From contig OX597816.1 of assembly GCA_951406725.2 (NCBI GenBank), positions 98,146,001 through 98,210,000 of the forward strand: 64,000 nucleotides of DNA. Reading direction: 5' to 3'. This DNA comes from Octopus vulgaris (taxonomy: Eukaryota). Shown here piece by piece: positions 40,826 to 54,494 of the stretch. Positions within the stretch are counted from its first letter, which is position 1. Every line of letters starts with the position of its first letter. The position numbers and the translations under genes are program-made. The notes under the pieces were generated by a model. That model saw only the letters and a list, made by a program, of their open reading frames with translations, searched no databases and was not told the origin of the DNA.

Positions 40826-40828
<3 letters not shown>
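40520..40828 (-). mobile_element. Penelope-type terminal repeat with a hammerhead and a short inverted duplication
   Basis: 17-bp inverted repeat 40683-40699 / 40812-40828; hammerhead at 40685-40727; inserted in (TA)n. Confidence 0.55.
40685..40727 (-). ncRNA. Minimal hammerhead-like motif
   Basis: Reverse complement: CGCCCG-TTGACGA-GGGA-caacaa-TCCT-GAAA-CTAGT-T/CGAGCG. Stem I 5 of 6 bp; palindromic stem III ACTAGT. Confidence 0.6.
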
Positions 40829-40871
<43 letters not shown>

Positions 40872-42877
40872 GATATATATATATATATATACACAAATAT
40901 TTATATATATATACATATATACATAAACACACACAAACACACCTACATAGACGCACACATACACATATATACAAACATATAATATATGTTTCACGTGTTT
41001 ATCTTGAAACCTATATTTCGAGTTTAGTTTAGTTACATGCATCTAATATCATGTAACAGTGTGCCAGGTCACAGCAGTTGAAGAGAAATCTAGTGGTTTG
41101 GGGGAATGACTAAGGCTCTGTTGGACGAGTGACACGGAATATATAGACAAATATTAAATGCAGCATTGTGTTGTAATAGAACACGTCCAAACACCTGACC
41201 TGACTTGTAGTCACATGTAAGGACATCACAAATGTCATTTGTAGTGCCTAGACGAGTAAAGCTCTTTTCTGAAATAGTCCTACTAATATGATTTTATTAA
41301 TATTTTGATGAGTTGATGCTCTGCTTTCTGCTAGTAACTACGGGTCAACAGTATTGTTACATAGTAGTTGGGAGGGAAGATTAAAATAATTTATTTTATA
41401 AATTAGTTTTTTTTAATCAGCTGTGTTGAAGTAAACTTTAGTATATTGAAGTACTTTGTGTCATATTTAAATATTTATTTGTTTGGGGGTGAAAACATTA
41501 TTTTAACACTTTTCCACTGCTAAGACGCAATTGTTGACTTGTAAATCTTTAATATATTTACTCGCATACAAGGACATAAGCTGGCAGAATCATAAACTCG
41601 CTGGAAACATTTATGAAAGGGCTGCTTTAAAATTTCATACAAAACAAGACAGTTTCTTTCTCAGAAGAATTATTTTGTACTTTTGGAAAACAGATGCCAT
41701 GATTCTACATAATGCTGAAAACAATGATGATGATAATGCTGATGATGGCATTGGTAGTAGTGGTAGTCCTGGGGTAGCAATGGTGAGATTAATGATGATG
41801 TTGTTTTGAATAAACAGAAGTTAAGGAAATGAGTGTTAATTTTGATGCTGATCAGTGGTAAAAGAGGTAATACTTTGATGAGAATGTTATATTTGTTCTT
41901 TAGTGTGTGTGTGTGTTTTTAGCATGAATTTTTGGGGCAACAAAAACGTACAGAATTGCGATGAAAATATTTCAAATGACAGAATATATAAAAGATGTGG
42001 AAAAGGGTGCATGGAAAGACAATAAATAGAATGAGCACCTTGAAAAACTATTCTCAGCAATTTGATGAAATCAGATATATAAAACGCTTGGATATGGGTT
42101 CAAAGATACAACATTATAATGCCATTTTCACGTGCTCTCATATACATTCACGTGCCTTGAATCATAATGGTTTTCAAAACAGCATTTCTCGTGCTTTTAA
42201 CGTTTCATGTGTTTATGTAATAGATCCCTTGATGCTGCTCTTAACAACAAATTCTTAATGAATGAGATACAGAGAACAGTTCATATTTCCCAACTATACA
42301 GGATTAAGATGTTAAGAATGGCGTGCATTTTCCAAAAAACACAGCATTATGAAAATATGGAGTTTGTGACAAATTTATCAAAACGTGTATTTAGTGAACA
42401 ATGCCCTATGATCAAAGTCATTTTTGCTTTGTGCAATGAGTTTGCACAACTTAGGTGTTTGTCACGGATGCCCTTTAAATATATTTCTTAAGACGGAAAA
42501 ACGTCTTAGGGGGATTTGGCATTATCACTAGCTGGTTAAGAAATAAATAGCGTAGGTCGTGGCCAATGCAAATAGAACTTACCAAAGGGCATTAATGTTG
42601 AAACTGACATAGGAAATAGAAACATGTACACATTACGCTGTAGTTGATGTCAATCTTCAGTTAGTAGCACTAGAGTATGCAGAAAATTAAATAATGTAAA
42701 GAAAGAAAGCATTCCAATCGTTATGATCTTCATCTGAATAATAAATAGCTGATTCAATGTGTTACCTCCCCCTGTATTCACACACGTACGCACGCGCGCG
42801 CACACATACATACACAAACACACACACACGTATATATAAAGAGAGTGATATTTAAGATAGACATATATATGTATATT

Positions 42878-43092
42878 CGAAGTTCATCATTAGTGACGAA
42901 ATCTGGTGCTACAGAATTTGCAGATGTGGAAGAGGTGAAGAACAAAATGATGGAGGCGTTAAAAGGCATCACTTCGCAAGAGTAACAACATTGCTTCGAA
43001 TATTGGAGAATACTTTGAAGGCGATAAAAGTGTAAACATGTAAAACTAAGTGAACAAAATAATATTGCAGAATTCCGGTTTCTTATGGGTAT
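42878..43092 (+). mobile_element. Mariner transposase remnant with internal deletions
   Basis: IISDEIWCY (cf. ITGDETW), RFADVEEVK-KM-EALKGIT, GEYFEGD. Confidence 0.75.
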
Positions 43093-43194
43093 ATATGTAT
43101 ACGTTTTGCAAATACATATGATTATATATGTATGTACTTATGTATGTATGTATGTATGTATGTATGTATGTATGTATGTATGTATGTATGTATC

Positions 43195-43410
43195 ATGCGC
43201 GGGGACATAGACATAATCGGACTGAATAACCGATCGCGCGGTTAAACCATTGGGAGTGAAGGACTCCTAGCCTTTGTTAGGGCATCCTTCTAGGAGAAGG
43301 TAACTCAGGTAACTGGGATAACTCCGACGTAAAACCTGCGGCTGAGTGGTTACCGATGATGTTGACTTGTTCTTCTTTTCGGATTATGGCGAACAAACAA
43401 CGCAGAAACC
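43195..43410 (+). mobile_element. Short GC-richer repeat resembling an RTE-type 5' UTR
   Basis: tagggcatccttctaggagaaggtaactc...aaacc block, recalled as typical of RTE 5' UTRs; inserted in (TATG)n. Confidence 0.35.
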
Positions 43411-43569
43411 TTATTTATATATATTTATTAGACGCATAGTTCTGTATTCCTATCCTTAGCTTAGACATCGATGTAGAATTAGTTAAATTGCTTTATCACA
43501 CACACAAACGCACGCGTGCACACACACGCATGCGCGCGTACACACTCACACGCACACATATAAATAGTG

Positions 43570-45355
43570 GTTCTGTACTTCTTATGCAGCGTCTGACCAC
43601 TTCCTGTACCTAGCTTTCTGTAAGCTTCGTATGAGCTGAGGTTCAAGGACTGAGAAAGAAGTGTATTGACTAAATTTTGTTTTTCTAAAAGTAGATCATG
43701 AATTTCTGGTGAATTGTCTGAAAACTAGTCACCGGACTTACGCGATTTAAATCCCGCTGACGAACTCGCAGCCTGAAATACTTTTGTTTTGAAATCTTCC
43801 CATAGATAGTTTGGGTCACGATTAATACTATCTATAGCATCGTGGAATCTTTGCAAGTTGCTTGGTAATGTGAAGTTTGCAACATCTAACTTTTTGGGTA
43901 CCAGGCCAGATTGTCGACTTTTAGGCATTATCGAAAAAATTATTTCTCCTCGGAATAGACGAAGGTCAGTCCCGTTCTCTGCTCGTCCGAACGCCTTCTG
44001 ATCAAAATACAATCTATGATATGCCAGTTCTTAGATCTTGGGTAAATCCAGGTGGCCTTATATTTATTTTTATTTTTAAACAGAATGCTGGCTGCGACCA
44101 GATTATTCTCAGCATAAAACGTCAAAAGAACTACTCCATTTTTATTACATTTTCCAATCCCATGAAACCTGCCATTTCCAACTCTTGCGTTGAGATCTCC
44201 CAATATGATTAGCTTGTACTTTCCTCAATAACTGTGCTAGATAGACATAAAACTATCCTACAGTTTCATCAGAATGAATACTGACAACGGTAAGAAACCT
44301 ATATTTTGTCAGTTTTATACGGTATGACATGGTTCGTTTAGATGTACCACTTGGAAATTCTGTAATGGAGGATACTAATAAATTCTTGAGAGCAAACATA
44401 ACACCAGATTCTCTACGCCGACCCTCATGTCGGCCTATCCAGAAGATAGTATATCCATAAGTGTTGCTGCCTGTGCTTTCTCGAGCCATGCCTGGCTCCC
44501 AAGGGCCGGTTTCCCAGTCTCATTAGCGTATAGGTACTCCACCTCGACGGGACGCCGGTCTATCTCAGGTGAGCTGCTAGATACAAGAGGAAAGTGTGAG
44601 AGAAAGTTGTGACTAAAGGTCTGCAGGTCCGCCCTTACCTTCTGATGGAGCTGCGTGGAGCTTGGGTGTTTCACTCATAAACACACACATCGTCTCGTCT
44701 GAGATTCGAACCCGCGAACGCTCGACCGCAAGTCCGCTGCTCTAACGATTCGGCCATGTGCCTCCACATATTTGTAAGTAAGTTCATTTATTTGACTCCC
44801 GCCAGAGAGATGAGTTTCGGAGAGCACAACTGTATAAAGGGTATATATTTTAAGCTCACATGCAATTAGTGAAGTCCCCCTCTTGTTGAATTTATCATCA
44901 AGAAGGTGCGCATATTCCAACAGCCAAAATTCATAGGATGGTTATTTTTTGCTTTTTCTTGAAAATATTTGACCACAGTAATAGGATGATGACCGGGCCC
45001 GGTCTGTTACACATAGGGATGCCTGCTGAGCCACACCTGTTCCCCTGATGTTCCCAACCATTTTGCCATTTACTGATTCTGTTTGAGACATTTTACAGTA
45101 AGTTACAGGTGCATTTTTATTTTTCTGCCAACCGATTCAATGATTTTACTAAGATTTGGTATACAAGAAGTACCTGTGCAGTTGTATATTTTTCAGTGGG
45201 TGTAGCTTACACTGCACTACCCCCACCTATTGGCCCAAGAAGACTTTCGCCGGTGTGATATGAAAATTCCTAATACCAGGAACTTGCAACTCCTCAGGTA
45301 TTATTTTGGAGATTTCCTCTTAGGTAGATTACCAACTAAGGTTAAAGAGCTTCTA
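43570..45355 (-). mobile_element. RTE-clade LINE 5' part (5' UTR plus APE endonuclease), degraded and interrupted by a SINE
   Basis: GCWNMRT, RGTSLIACEL..VLSETHL, GYTIFW-GR..RRESGV-FA, LGDLNARVG, HGIGKCNKNG..LL, KYKATW-YPRSKNWH-IDC. Confidence 0.88.
44463..44774 (-). mobile_element. Full-length tRNA-derived SINE with a 5-bp TSD
   Basis: Reverse-complement head GGAGGCACATGGCCGAATCGTTAGAGCAG...GGGTTCGAATCTC (A and B boxes). TSD taagt at 44458-62 and 44775-79. Excision restores the RTE frame NELTYGY. Confidence 0.85.
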
Positions 45356-45519
45356 CCATGAGTTAAACTATTCCGTTCCGGACACCAAACCGACATCTAA
45401 ACGCTCTATAAAGTGATCAAATATTATTCCGGTGTCCGACATGGAGTAGCTCATTCAAACATAAAATGTAAGACATGTGATTTTAAAATATGAATAGGAT
45501 TTACATATAAATAATTTAT

Positions 45520-45950
45520 ATATATATATATATAAATATAAACTAGAGATCTGTGTGTTTTTGCTTTACACGCAAAAACGGCTTCACCAATTTCTTCCAT
45601 ACTTGTGCTGCATGAATAATTTGACCATGGACAAATATTAGGCTCTTCAGTTGATTTTTTTAATTAAAAATAAATAATATTGCTTAATATATATGATTCA
45701 CTTTTTTAAAAAAAGGCTTCTCGATGTTAACTTCCGGTATTGATGTAGGAACGGCAAAAAACTTCACTCTCAATTTGGATGCTTCCACTTCAAGTTTTAA
45801 TTCACTATTTGCAAACAAGTACGATAAATTAGTGAAAGAAATATTTACTAAGTTCACAAGTTTAAACATTCGGTACAAGAGCCTTTTTTGTACGACGTTT
45901 TCACCTCATATTTATTTTATTCATTTTTCGCAATATTCTCTCTCACCCTT

Positions 45951-45983
<33 letters not shown>

Positions 45984-47430
45984 TACACACACACACACAC
46001 AAGCAAAACATACACATCTGTTTTTGTAAGCACGTTTGTATACATTTATGTATGTGTGTGTGTTTGTGTGTGTGCGTGTGTTTGTGTGTGAGAGAGAGTT
46101 AAGGGGTGTGTTGTCATGTATACGTACATATATAAATACATATGCATACAGTGTGTGTGTGTGTGTTTGATGTCTAAGTGGCATTCACTCTCTCCTTCTC
46201 ATACGCACAGGCACACACACAAAAAGGTGAATGCATATTTATTTACGTACGCACCACTTCTCTCTCTCTCTCTCTCTCTCACTCACGTCTATTACATCTG
46301 ATGTTTGATACTCTGTGTGTGTGTGTGTGCGCGCGCGCGTGGGGCGTTCAACAATCGCCATATATTTCATTTACTCTTGTGAAGATATTCGCGTGACTCA
46401 TTTTAAAATTTAATCCCCATTTTAATTTTCGTAAATTTTCGTAAATGTTTCCAAGAACAATGTTCTCACTCTACAAGAGGAGTCGGAGTAGATGTAGATG
46501 AGCAGTATTATACTGTGAAGCAGAGATTACTACAGGTAGCCAGAGTCAATGTTGGATGCTGCAACTCTGTTAACTCTATCAAGTATGGTTGGAAATATAT
46601 AAACAAAGGTTTAGATGCTGCAGAATGTCTGTCAGCTGATAAATAAAAATGACGAAGATGCACAGTATGACAGAGGCTTTTTGTCTCATCTTCATTTTTC
46701 CCATTCATGAGAGGCACACAGCCATCATTCATCTGAGTGTTCTTCCAGAGAAGGACCACAGGATTATCGTTACAAAACAAATAACCTTGCAATAAACACT
46801 TTCTTCAAAAGAAACTGGCCTTATTGCCTTTTTAAAGTCGCATCAAGTAGATGAAAATACAAGAACCCTCCTTTACACACAATTGCCCAGGTATTACACG
46901 TGGAGAAACAATAAATAGCACAAGAGGAAATGGTGGGGCTGTTGCTCTTGCAAGAGTTTACAGTGTTTCCCCCACCGCAAGCGAAGCAGAAAGCTATTAC
47001 TTATGCCTCCTTTTGCATGAAACACGTGATTCCAAATAATTCCAAGGAGTGGAATGAATCGAGGAGGGTAGATGGTCCTGTGTGTGAAACGTATAGGGAA
47101 GCATGCTATCAACAAGGTTTTTTTTAAAAAATGATATACATTGGGACCTTGCATTGACTGAAGCATTTGTATCGGATTCTCCAAGGAAACTCAGTAACGT
47201 TTTTCCAATTATACTGAATATGTGTCAAATTGGCAGTCTCCTACAGCTCATATTATGAGGACATGGCTAAAGACTTAAATATGCAGTTCATACTTCATGC
47301 TAAGTGCGGCTTAGCAACCCTCATGAAACCCCAACTCAAGGACTACAATGTTAAATTTGATTTAAGTGTTGCCAGGTATGCGAGTAAGAATACCAGAGTT
47401 AAGAAATGGAGCAGATAAGATCTGGGCTAC
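45520..47430 (+). mobile_element. Helitron, internally deleted and 3'-truncated; RepHel fragment at about 46500-47400
   Basis: NSVNSIKY..KYINKGLDAA, FPIHERH-AIIHL, RTLLYTQLPRYYTW, ALARVYSVSP..ESYYL-LLLH, VDGPVCETYREAC, HWD-ALTEA-VSDSPR. Helitron-like 5' block cacgcaaaaacggcttcaccaattt at ~45568. Confidence 0.85.
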
Positions 47431-50230
47431 TCATGTTTCATAGCGAGCGGAACATCGTATGTGGTAAATATTCAAGTGAGGTGTATACTACAGGCTGCTC
47501 GTCAGGTCAAGGGAATCTTGAATGAATGTAAGTTTACATTTTGCAAGGAGGTACATGTTAACGCATTCGATCACAACGTGCAGAGAGCACAACAAGAGAG
47601 GAGAATATAAATGTAGAGAGAAATTAGGCATACATTAAAAAAAAAATAATAGAGAAGAATGCAAGGAAGAAAAACATAAGGCAGTGACAAGAAAGAGGAA
47701 TTTAAGCAAGTCACTTGACCGTTAGATTTAAATAGGGCTATTTTGGCCGAATCATAGAGATTAGCAAGGGGAATGGTATTTGAAAAAAAGATATTGTAGT
47801 GGGAAGAGGGTGGTGAAATATTTGGTCAAGAGGGAGAAAAAGTATACATGAAGAGTTGGTGTAGTATTAGAGATGGAAATCAAAAGAGATTGGGGACGAA
47901 TTGTAGCGACCACTACTATCAAGTAAGGGACGTAAATTGTGTGCGTCGAGTGGGTTTACAGTATGAAGTAGTAGAGGCAGATGTGGGTGTATTACTTGTA
48001 AGTTAACAAAGCGGGATAGGAGGGGAAGCAGGTGAAATTAGATAAAAATGGTTATAAAGGCAAGGAAAGATAAAAACAGAAGAATATAAACGACAATAAA
48101 GAATTATAGGGAACAATGGGTCTACATTGGTGGTTTAATGAATAGTGGCAGTGAGGGTAAATAATGGGGTGGGGAGTTTACGAAGGCAAGAGGAAAAAAT
48201 GCGTAGCGGGAGGGGATTTGTTATTCATATTTTGAAAATAGAATTACTGATCAATGTTTGCAGGTGAAAATGATAATACTGAGTTCATTAAGACAACCCG
48301 CGGATTGCATAATAGCTAAGACCTCTTCTATGCAGAGATCACACTTGCTATGCTATCCGCTATATCGTTTGGCGTGGGTGACTCTCGACCCCGTGAGAGT
48401 GTAAGGAGATAAATCAATCTTTAGTTTATGGATAAGCTTAGATAAAGTTATACTGCTAGATTTTGTTTGCGACTTGAAACTGGAGTAGCGGTTGCTCACT
48501 CTAGCTTTGAAAGTGGTGCTGCTCGAGTCGATATATATATAGTTACAGCTGGTAGCTGATACTGTACACTTGTAAATGTTTCTTGTGAGACAGCGATTAT
48601 TAAAATTACAGGAGGTGTGGCGTCTGAAGCTGGATAGGTTGTTAGGGGGTGTTCCAGATGAATTTGTGAGGAGATTGTTATTTAGTGAGGAACCGGAGTT
48701 ACGTTTGTTATTGGTGGTGGCTTTAAGATTAGTGTTTGCTAGGGAGTTGAGTGCGGTCTTGTGGGGTTGTATAGTCCGGTAGTTATCATGTCCAGCGGTA
48801 CGGTCTGTATCGTTCTTTATTTTTACATGCGGTATAATTAGGCGAAGTGGTAAATTTAAGGATCGGGTGGTAGTAGTGAAATTATTGTTGGAGTTAGAAT
48901 GGTTAGTGTTGGTAAGACACTTGGGATTGATAAGTATGGAGATGGGGGAATATGCTGAGTTATGTTATTAGGGTGGTGGTTAGCTGATTATAAATTTCTG
49001 AGTTTCTTGTTGTTCCGATGTCTGATTATTCCGCCAATATTGGTGGTGGTGGTGGTGGTAGTGGAGTAGGATAATTTTATAGATTGAAGATTGAATATTT
49101 TTCTAAGGTTGTTAGATTTAGAGAAATGTCCTTCGAATAGGGCGAAGAAGGTTTTAGGTACGCGAGTCTGGACAACGAGGGCGAAGGGCTGAGTGGGGTG
49201 GGACCAGATGACACCCAAGGTTCCTTTTCATTTAATCCGATTGGGGTGACGGGGTGCGGATTGGGCTTTGAACGTGCACCCTGGTCTGTTTCTGTGAGTT
49301 GCGATATATATAGAAGTTAGGGTCATCTGGGTTGTTTCTAAAACAGGCTGTTACTCTGAAATTTAGACGTGTATTGGAGTAGTGGGATAGGGTGGATTTT
49401 GCATTCATTTTATGGGAGAACAGAACTGGTTTAGGTTCTGGCTTTAGTGGAGGGAGGAATATTCCACATGGTGATATATTTGATTCAGTTTTTATAACCG
49501 GCGCGTTCTAGGCACAATTGTAAAATTCTGCATATTGATCGAAAAATTCCTTATTGGCAGATAGTGAGGACATCCGGTAGGAAACGTTTTCTATGATAAA
49601 TTTTAGTACCGATGGGAGGGGTTGGAGGAGGAGTTCGTGTAGTTAAATTTTCTCCAGATTTGTTATATGGGTAGAAGGTTCCGTGTTACGTGCAAAAAAG
49701 TGGCAGTCTTAACGTTGATACAGATTGAAATGCTATGGCCGACATAAAAAACAACTTCTTAATCTTTATATACATATATATAGCCGCAGGCGAATCATAA
49801 GTAACGGTGCAAAATAACGGCGGTGCTCCAGCGTGGCCGAAGCGACTAAAAGATAAAAGATATATGTGTGTGTTTAGGAAGTTCCTTGTTATTGCCGGGA
49901 GAGGCATTGAGTAACCACTGGTTTCACACCTAGAAAGGGCATAGACATATAGGCAACTCTTCAGGCTCAAATGGCCGCAGTGCATAACCTCTCTACAACT
50001 GGGGAAACAAGTACATCACGATCAGCTATCTTTGTAGAAAGAAAAATGTATTTGTCAGTGTGATAGGTGTTGCACGCGGTAGGATATTATCTCCTTGACA
50101 TCGGTTCAACACGCGATGATATTGGGAGAAGATTCCACGGGCCTATTCAAGGAAAGTTGGAACCCAAGTTTTACGTTGTAAATGAGGGCACTGATGGCAC
50201 GCATTCATAAAAATTTTTAAATCTCTATCC
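47430..50230 (-). mobile_element. Degraded Penelope-like element (RT thumb, linker, GIY-YIG, 3' terminal repeat)
   Basis: FYPYNK..SNPPPSVLK..RMSSLSANKEFFD..AGYK; VIWSHP..VQTRV-KTFFAL-E-HF..LRKIFN..IKLSYS (ORF 48988..49218); CLTRNIYKCTV..YIYID..TFKARVSN..SF; TLSKLIHKLK..CDLCIEE..LNE..CKH. A short SINE tail is inserted at about 49770-49865. Confidence 0.88.
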
Positions 50231-50264
50231 GTGAAAGTGTTCTTATTAATATATACATACTTTA

Positions 50265-50302
<38 letters not shown>

Positions 50303-50419
50303 CATATATATATATATATTCATACAGACACTCATATATATATAAACACACACACGAACACACGCATATATATATAACTTCTTTTTAAAATGTTTCATCG
50401 AATGTATGGGTAATTACCA

Positions 50420-50916
50420 AGAAATCAATTACCAGATCAATTCCTTGTAATAATGTTTACTCTGCTTATTGAAATGGAAAATGGGCAAATGAAAGTATAG
50501 GGGTCATATTGATTTGTATTCTGAGGTTCACTCTAATACCGAATTTAAGGTGATATTTGACGGTATTTATGCAGAGATCAGTAGCAGCTCCTAATTTCTT
50601 ATTCGTTTCAGAAGAAGCGTTTTGAAATTAGATATACCATGAAAAGTTATATCATTTTGCAGTATCACATCAGTCAATAATATTAATAATATAGACAGTG
50701 TGCATATTTTAAAGATGGAAACATAAATATTTGATCAGTTTACAGTTTTCTAGAGCATTGGGATAAATTTCATATTCGCCTTGTTAGTATTTGAGCCATT
50801 AGTGAAGGGGAAACAGTACTCGTTATACTTTGTTCTGCCATAACAAATATACTATAAAGTGTATTGATAAAATACTAACGTTAATGAGCGATAATTATAT
50901 AGACATTTCACTTTTA

Positions 50917-50981
<65 letters not shown>

Positions 50982-51079
50982 TACATACATGCATGTATAT
51001 ATACATATATGTATATACACATATACATGCATGATGTATATTTATATATATATATATATCTACATGCTTGTATTTATTG

Positions 51080-51121
<42 letters not shown>

Positions 51122-51640
51122 GTATCTACCTACATCTCTCTCTCTCTCTCTCTCTCCCCATAGATATATATATGGTAACCCCTCATGAATATCTAATCAT
51201 GGAGAAATTACTCACTCCTTATATTAGTATAGATGATCAATCAATCTTCTATCTTGTCTGTTTTCTTATTTCTTTATTTCCATCGATTGGCCAGTTCGAT
51301 ACATATTTGATCTCAAACATAATTGCGCTAATGGATAACGGACATATAAAATCTCTAATGACGTATTGAATCTGCTGGCTGAAATTGTCATCATTGTTCT
51401 TAATTAAGACTTTAGATCTGATAATATCGATAAATAGTGCCTTCTGTTATTGTGGGATGTTCTCTCTCAAAATATATCTTCCCCATCACATACTAAATTA
51501 ATAGATATACTTAATCAAAGAATTTTGTTTTCAGTTGTTGTAGTCAGATGTTGAAAAGTTTCTGTGTTGCTATAGTTTCAATATTCCTCACACATAGATT
51601 CACACACATATATGCATGTTTGTATTTATGTATGTATATG

Positions 51641-51693
<53 letters not shown>

Positions 51694-52450
51694 TATATAT
51701 ATATACATATATAAATCATATATATCGATGTATTAGATATATATGGATGTGTATATCTATATGTAAATATGTTCGTATGTGCAGGTACACATGAGTGCAT
51801 ATGCATGGAAACAAGTTTACACACATATGATAGTTCACAATGACGTCTGCCAAAAACTTGATATACGTTATAAACAGCTAACATAATATAAACAGACGAC
51901 TATTATGCGAAAAATATGGCGTTTAATAAAACGAAACCAGCAGCAGTTTGTTACACCATAAAATCAAATCTTCTGACTGTAATCTCTCTATTGCAGACAA
52001 AATATATTTTCAAACTTTTCGGTAATAGATAGTAAACTTTCGGGGATAAAACTATTTTTAAGTTATGTAAAAATTGCTGTACTAAAATGTGTAATGTATT
52101 TTAAAACATTTCTCTTTGATAACTTATTCAAGTGGTTGCTTTCAGATACGTTTCACAATGCAGCCCAAGTACATTTCTCTCCCATTAACTTTGGTCGATA
52201 TTTTGCATGTGTGTCTGCCAATACCGTTAATATAGATGAGAAGCCTTTATCTTTACTATGGCGCAGAAGTTACCGGTATATGAGCAGTCGCTCAGTACTA
52301 TGGCAGTGACCAGCGAAACTTAAAGTACTTAAAGCAATAATGCTGGAGAGAGTAGAATGTGTCAATAAATCACTTTTTAAAGGTTCGAGTGGAGCTGGAG
52401 AATTAGAAATTCATTGTAATTATCGGAGTTGAATGGCAAAATGGAAAACT
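50420..52450 (-). pseudogene. Possible very decayed protocadherin remnant
   Basis: Weak ordered hints on the minus strand: SKDKG, ILSAIE, KVLIKNNDDN, TVSPSL, QIFMFPSLKY..LYY (cf. YFTFPSINPY..YY). Confidence 0.3.
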
Positions 52451-54221
52451 TTCTTTAAAACACGTCGTTACATTTGTTAAAAATTTCAATATGAAACGTG
52501 GTTTCTGCCATTCACTAAATCACTTCAGCACATGCTCTTTCCCCTTCACTGTCAAAACTCACTTTTACTATTCGTATTAAAACAGTCCGCACATCCATCT
52601 TTAGAGGCATGTCCAGTCACTAGAGGCCCAGCAATAGCTCACGTTCCAACTCAAATGAATTCTTCCTTACCCGAAATTAACTTATGCCACATATATTCCA
52701 ACTTAAGGCACTCTTTCAAATGCAAACTCTTTGGTGCATTTAATACAGAACAAAATGCGGTTGCCTTGCTCATTACTTGTGTAAACACATTCAAAGAACA
52801 TTACTAAATATTCCATGCTAACCTGTTGTAATTCACTTTAACACAACGGATATACTCGTTCATCCACGTGCAGCCTCATATTAAAACAGAACAATGCTAA
52901 CACCGGGTTTATAGGAATTCTTTCCCCTTCTACTCCTTGAGCCGTCCTAATCATTTTTACATCTTTTTGTTCCTCTGCGGTTTTAATTTATTTTCATTTG
53001 TATTACTCTTGTCATCTTCGCTTCTTCTACAGTTAAATGTTATTTATTCTCCCTCGCTCACGTGGTTTCTTTCTGCACTACACCTTATGCCCATTTAAGT
53101 GATTTTTGCCCTTTGCATTAGTCACTAGATTGAATACGAAGGGCATAAAACTATGGTATCCTTCCAATCACTACCAACTGAGTAGTTACACTTTAGTCCT
53201 ATAATTTTTCCAAACAATGGAAGTATTACCGACTGTAGGAAACAACTTTCCCCTTGATATTGTGTTTAGCAGATGCTGCTGTAATGGACACATTATGCTG
53301 ATGTTTCGTTCTTGCAGATTACTATTGATTCCCAGGCAATGTTTGTTTTCATGCTGTTGAAACCGCCAGAAGGAATGGAATAGCCCATGTATCGAAAGAA
53401 CAGTGATATCCCTTTGGCAGTTGACGAAGGGAACACAATTTTATTATGCTTATTTGTGGATTTTCATATCTTAGTCCCGTTATTCTTAGTTGTCCTTCAT
53501 TCTAGTAAATTGGAAAGTGTTTGTGTATTCGTGGCCTGTGGAGTTTCCTTAATATTAGTTACTTTTCTTCATAGAAAATCTTATGTCTAGTTAATGCTTA
53601 CATATTGGTGTCTAGTTGTGGGAGCCACTACGGAGTGACACACGATGACCGCATCAAAAGACACGAGTAGCTATCTTAGAACAAACTGGTTCTTTGTATG
53701 TATTTCCGAAGAAATACGTAACCTCTTGTACGAATGGGTTTCATAATGCATAGTCATAGAAGATCTTCATCGAAATAAAAAGAGGGACATACAGAGCTTT
53801 CCTTCCCTGACCTTCGCATAGACACCCATGCGACGCTTTTACTTGCATTTAGAATTTATATCAACATTATTTCGTGGAAAGTACAATGTCGAACACATTT
53901 AATCTTTCTACATTTCGCTAAAAATAAACTCAGTGAAATGAAATTTATTTTCTACTAACTACAATATATGTTTAGCAGTGTATTGCAGCGACAATAATTT
54001 CTGAGATTTCTAAAAGAACACGTTCTAAAAGTTTACTTTGCAATTTACATTAACACACAAACACACACACAAATATACGCAAACACACACGCACACAAAC
54101 ACAGATGCACGCACGCACACATTTATGCATGTTTATAAAAGGAAGGATGTATGCATAACTACTACATTTCCTCAGAGGCAAAAGTATCTGATTCCACCAC
54201 ATAGGTTAATGCTATACATGC

Positions 54222-54294
<73 letters not shown>

Positions 54295-54295
<1 letters not shown>

Positions 54296-54362
54296 ATGTC
54301 TTGTCCTTTTTTTGTATCACCTAATTGTCTGGATGTTTTGCGTTCTTCTCCCATTTTGTATT
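54295..54362 (-). repeat. Short dispersed repeat; opposite-orientation copy at 62272-62338
   Basis: tacaaaatgggacaagaacgcaaaacatccggacaacttggtgatacaaaaagggacaa is shared; both copies sit in (TA)n. Confidence 0.8.
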
Positions 54363-54494
54363 TTACATATATATATATAGCCGCGTACGTACACTTTATA
54401 CATATATACATATATATATATAGCGGCGTACGTACACTATATATATATATACTTTAATAGTAAACTTGCAAAGAAATCATAAAAACTCTTGATG

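Larger units (their letters stand above)
39650..42750 (+). pseudogene. Pcdh: Decayed protocadherin remnant, split by a microsatellite/pLTR insertion at about 40300-41000
   Basis: CHNETNRIC, LIKTVLDF (39971), EGTKNF*LDV, VCQVTAVEEKSSG (41059), DENISN..KDVEKG, IKRLDMGSKIQHYNAIFTC (ORF 41995..42258), AFNVSCVYVID, TENSSYFPTIQD*DVKNG (42269), in EC1 to EC5 order. Confidence 0.5.

Noticed and set aside
44690-44770. tRNA gene
   Set aside because: The A and B boxes continue into a SINE body with a TSD; no proper acceptor stem.
52500-53450. Possible L1/Tx1 endonuclease remnant on the minus strand (GSDWKD, EGER)
   Set aside because: Motifs too few and too weak.
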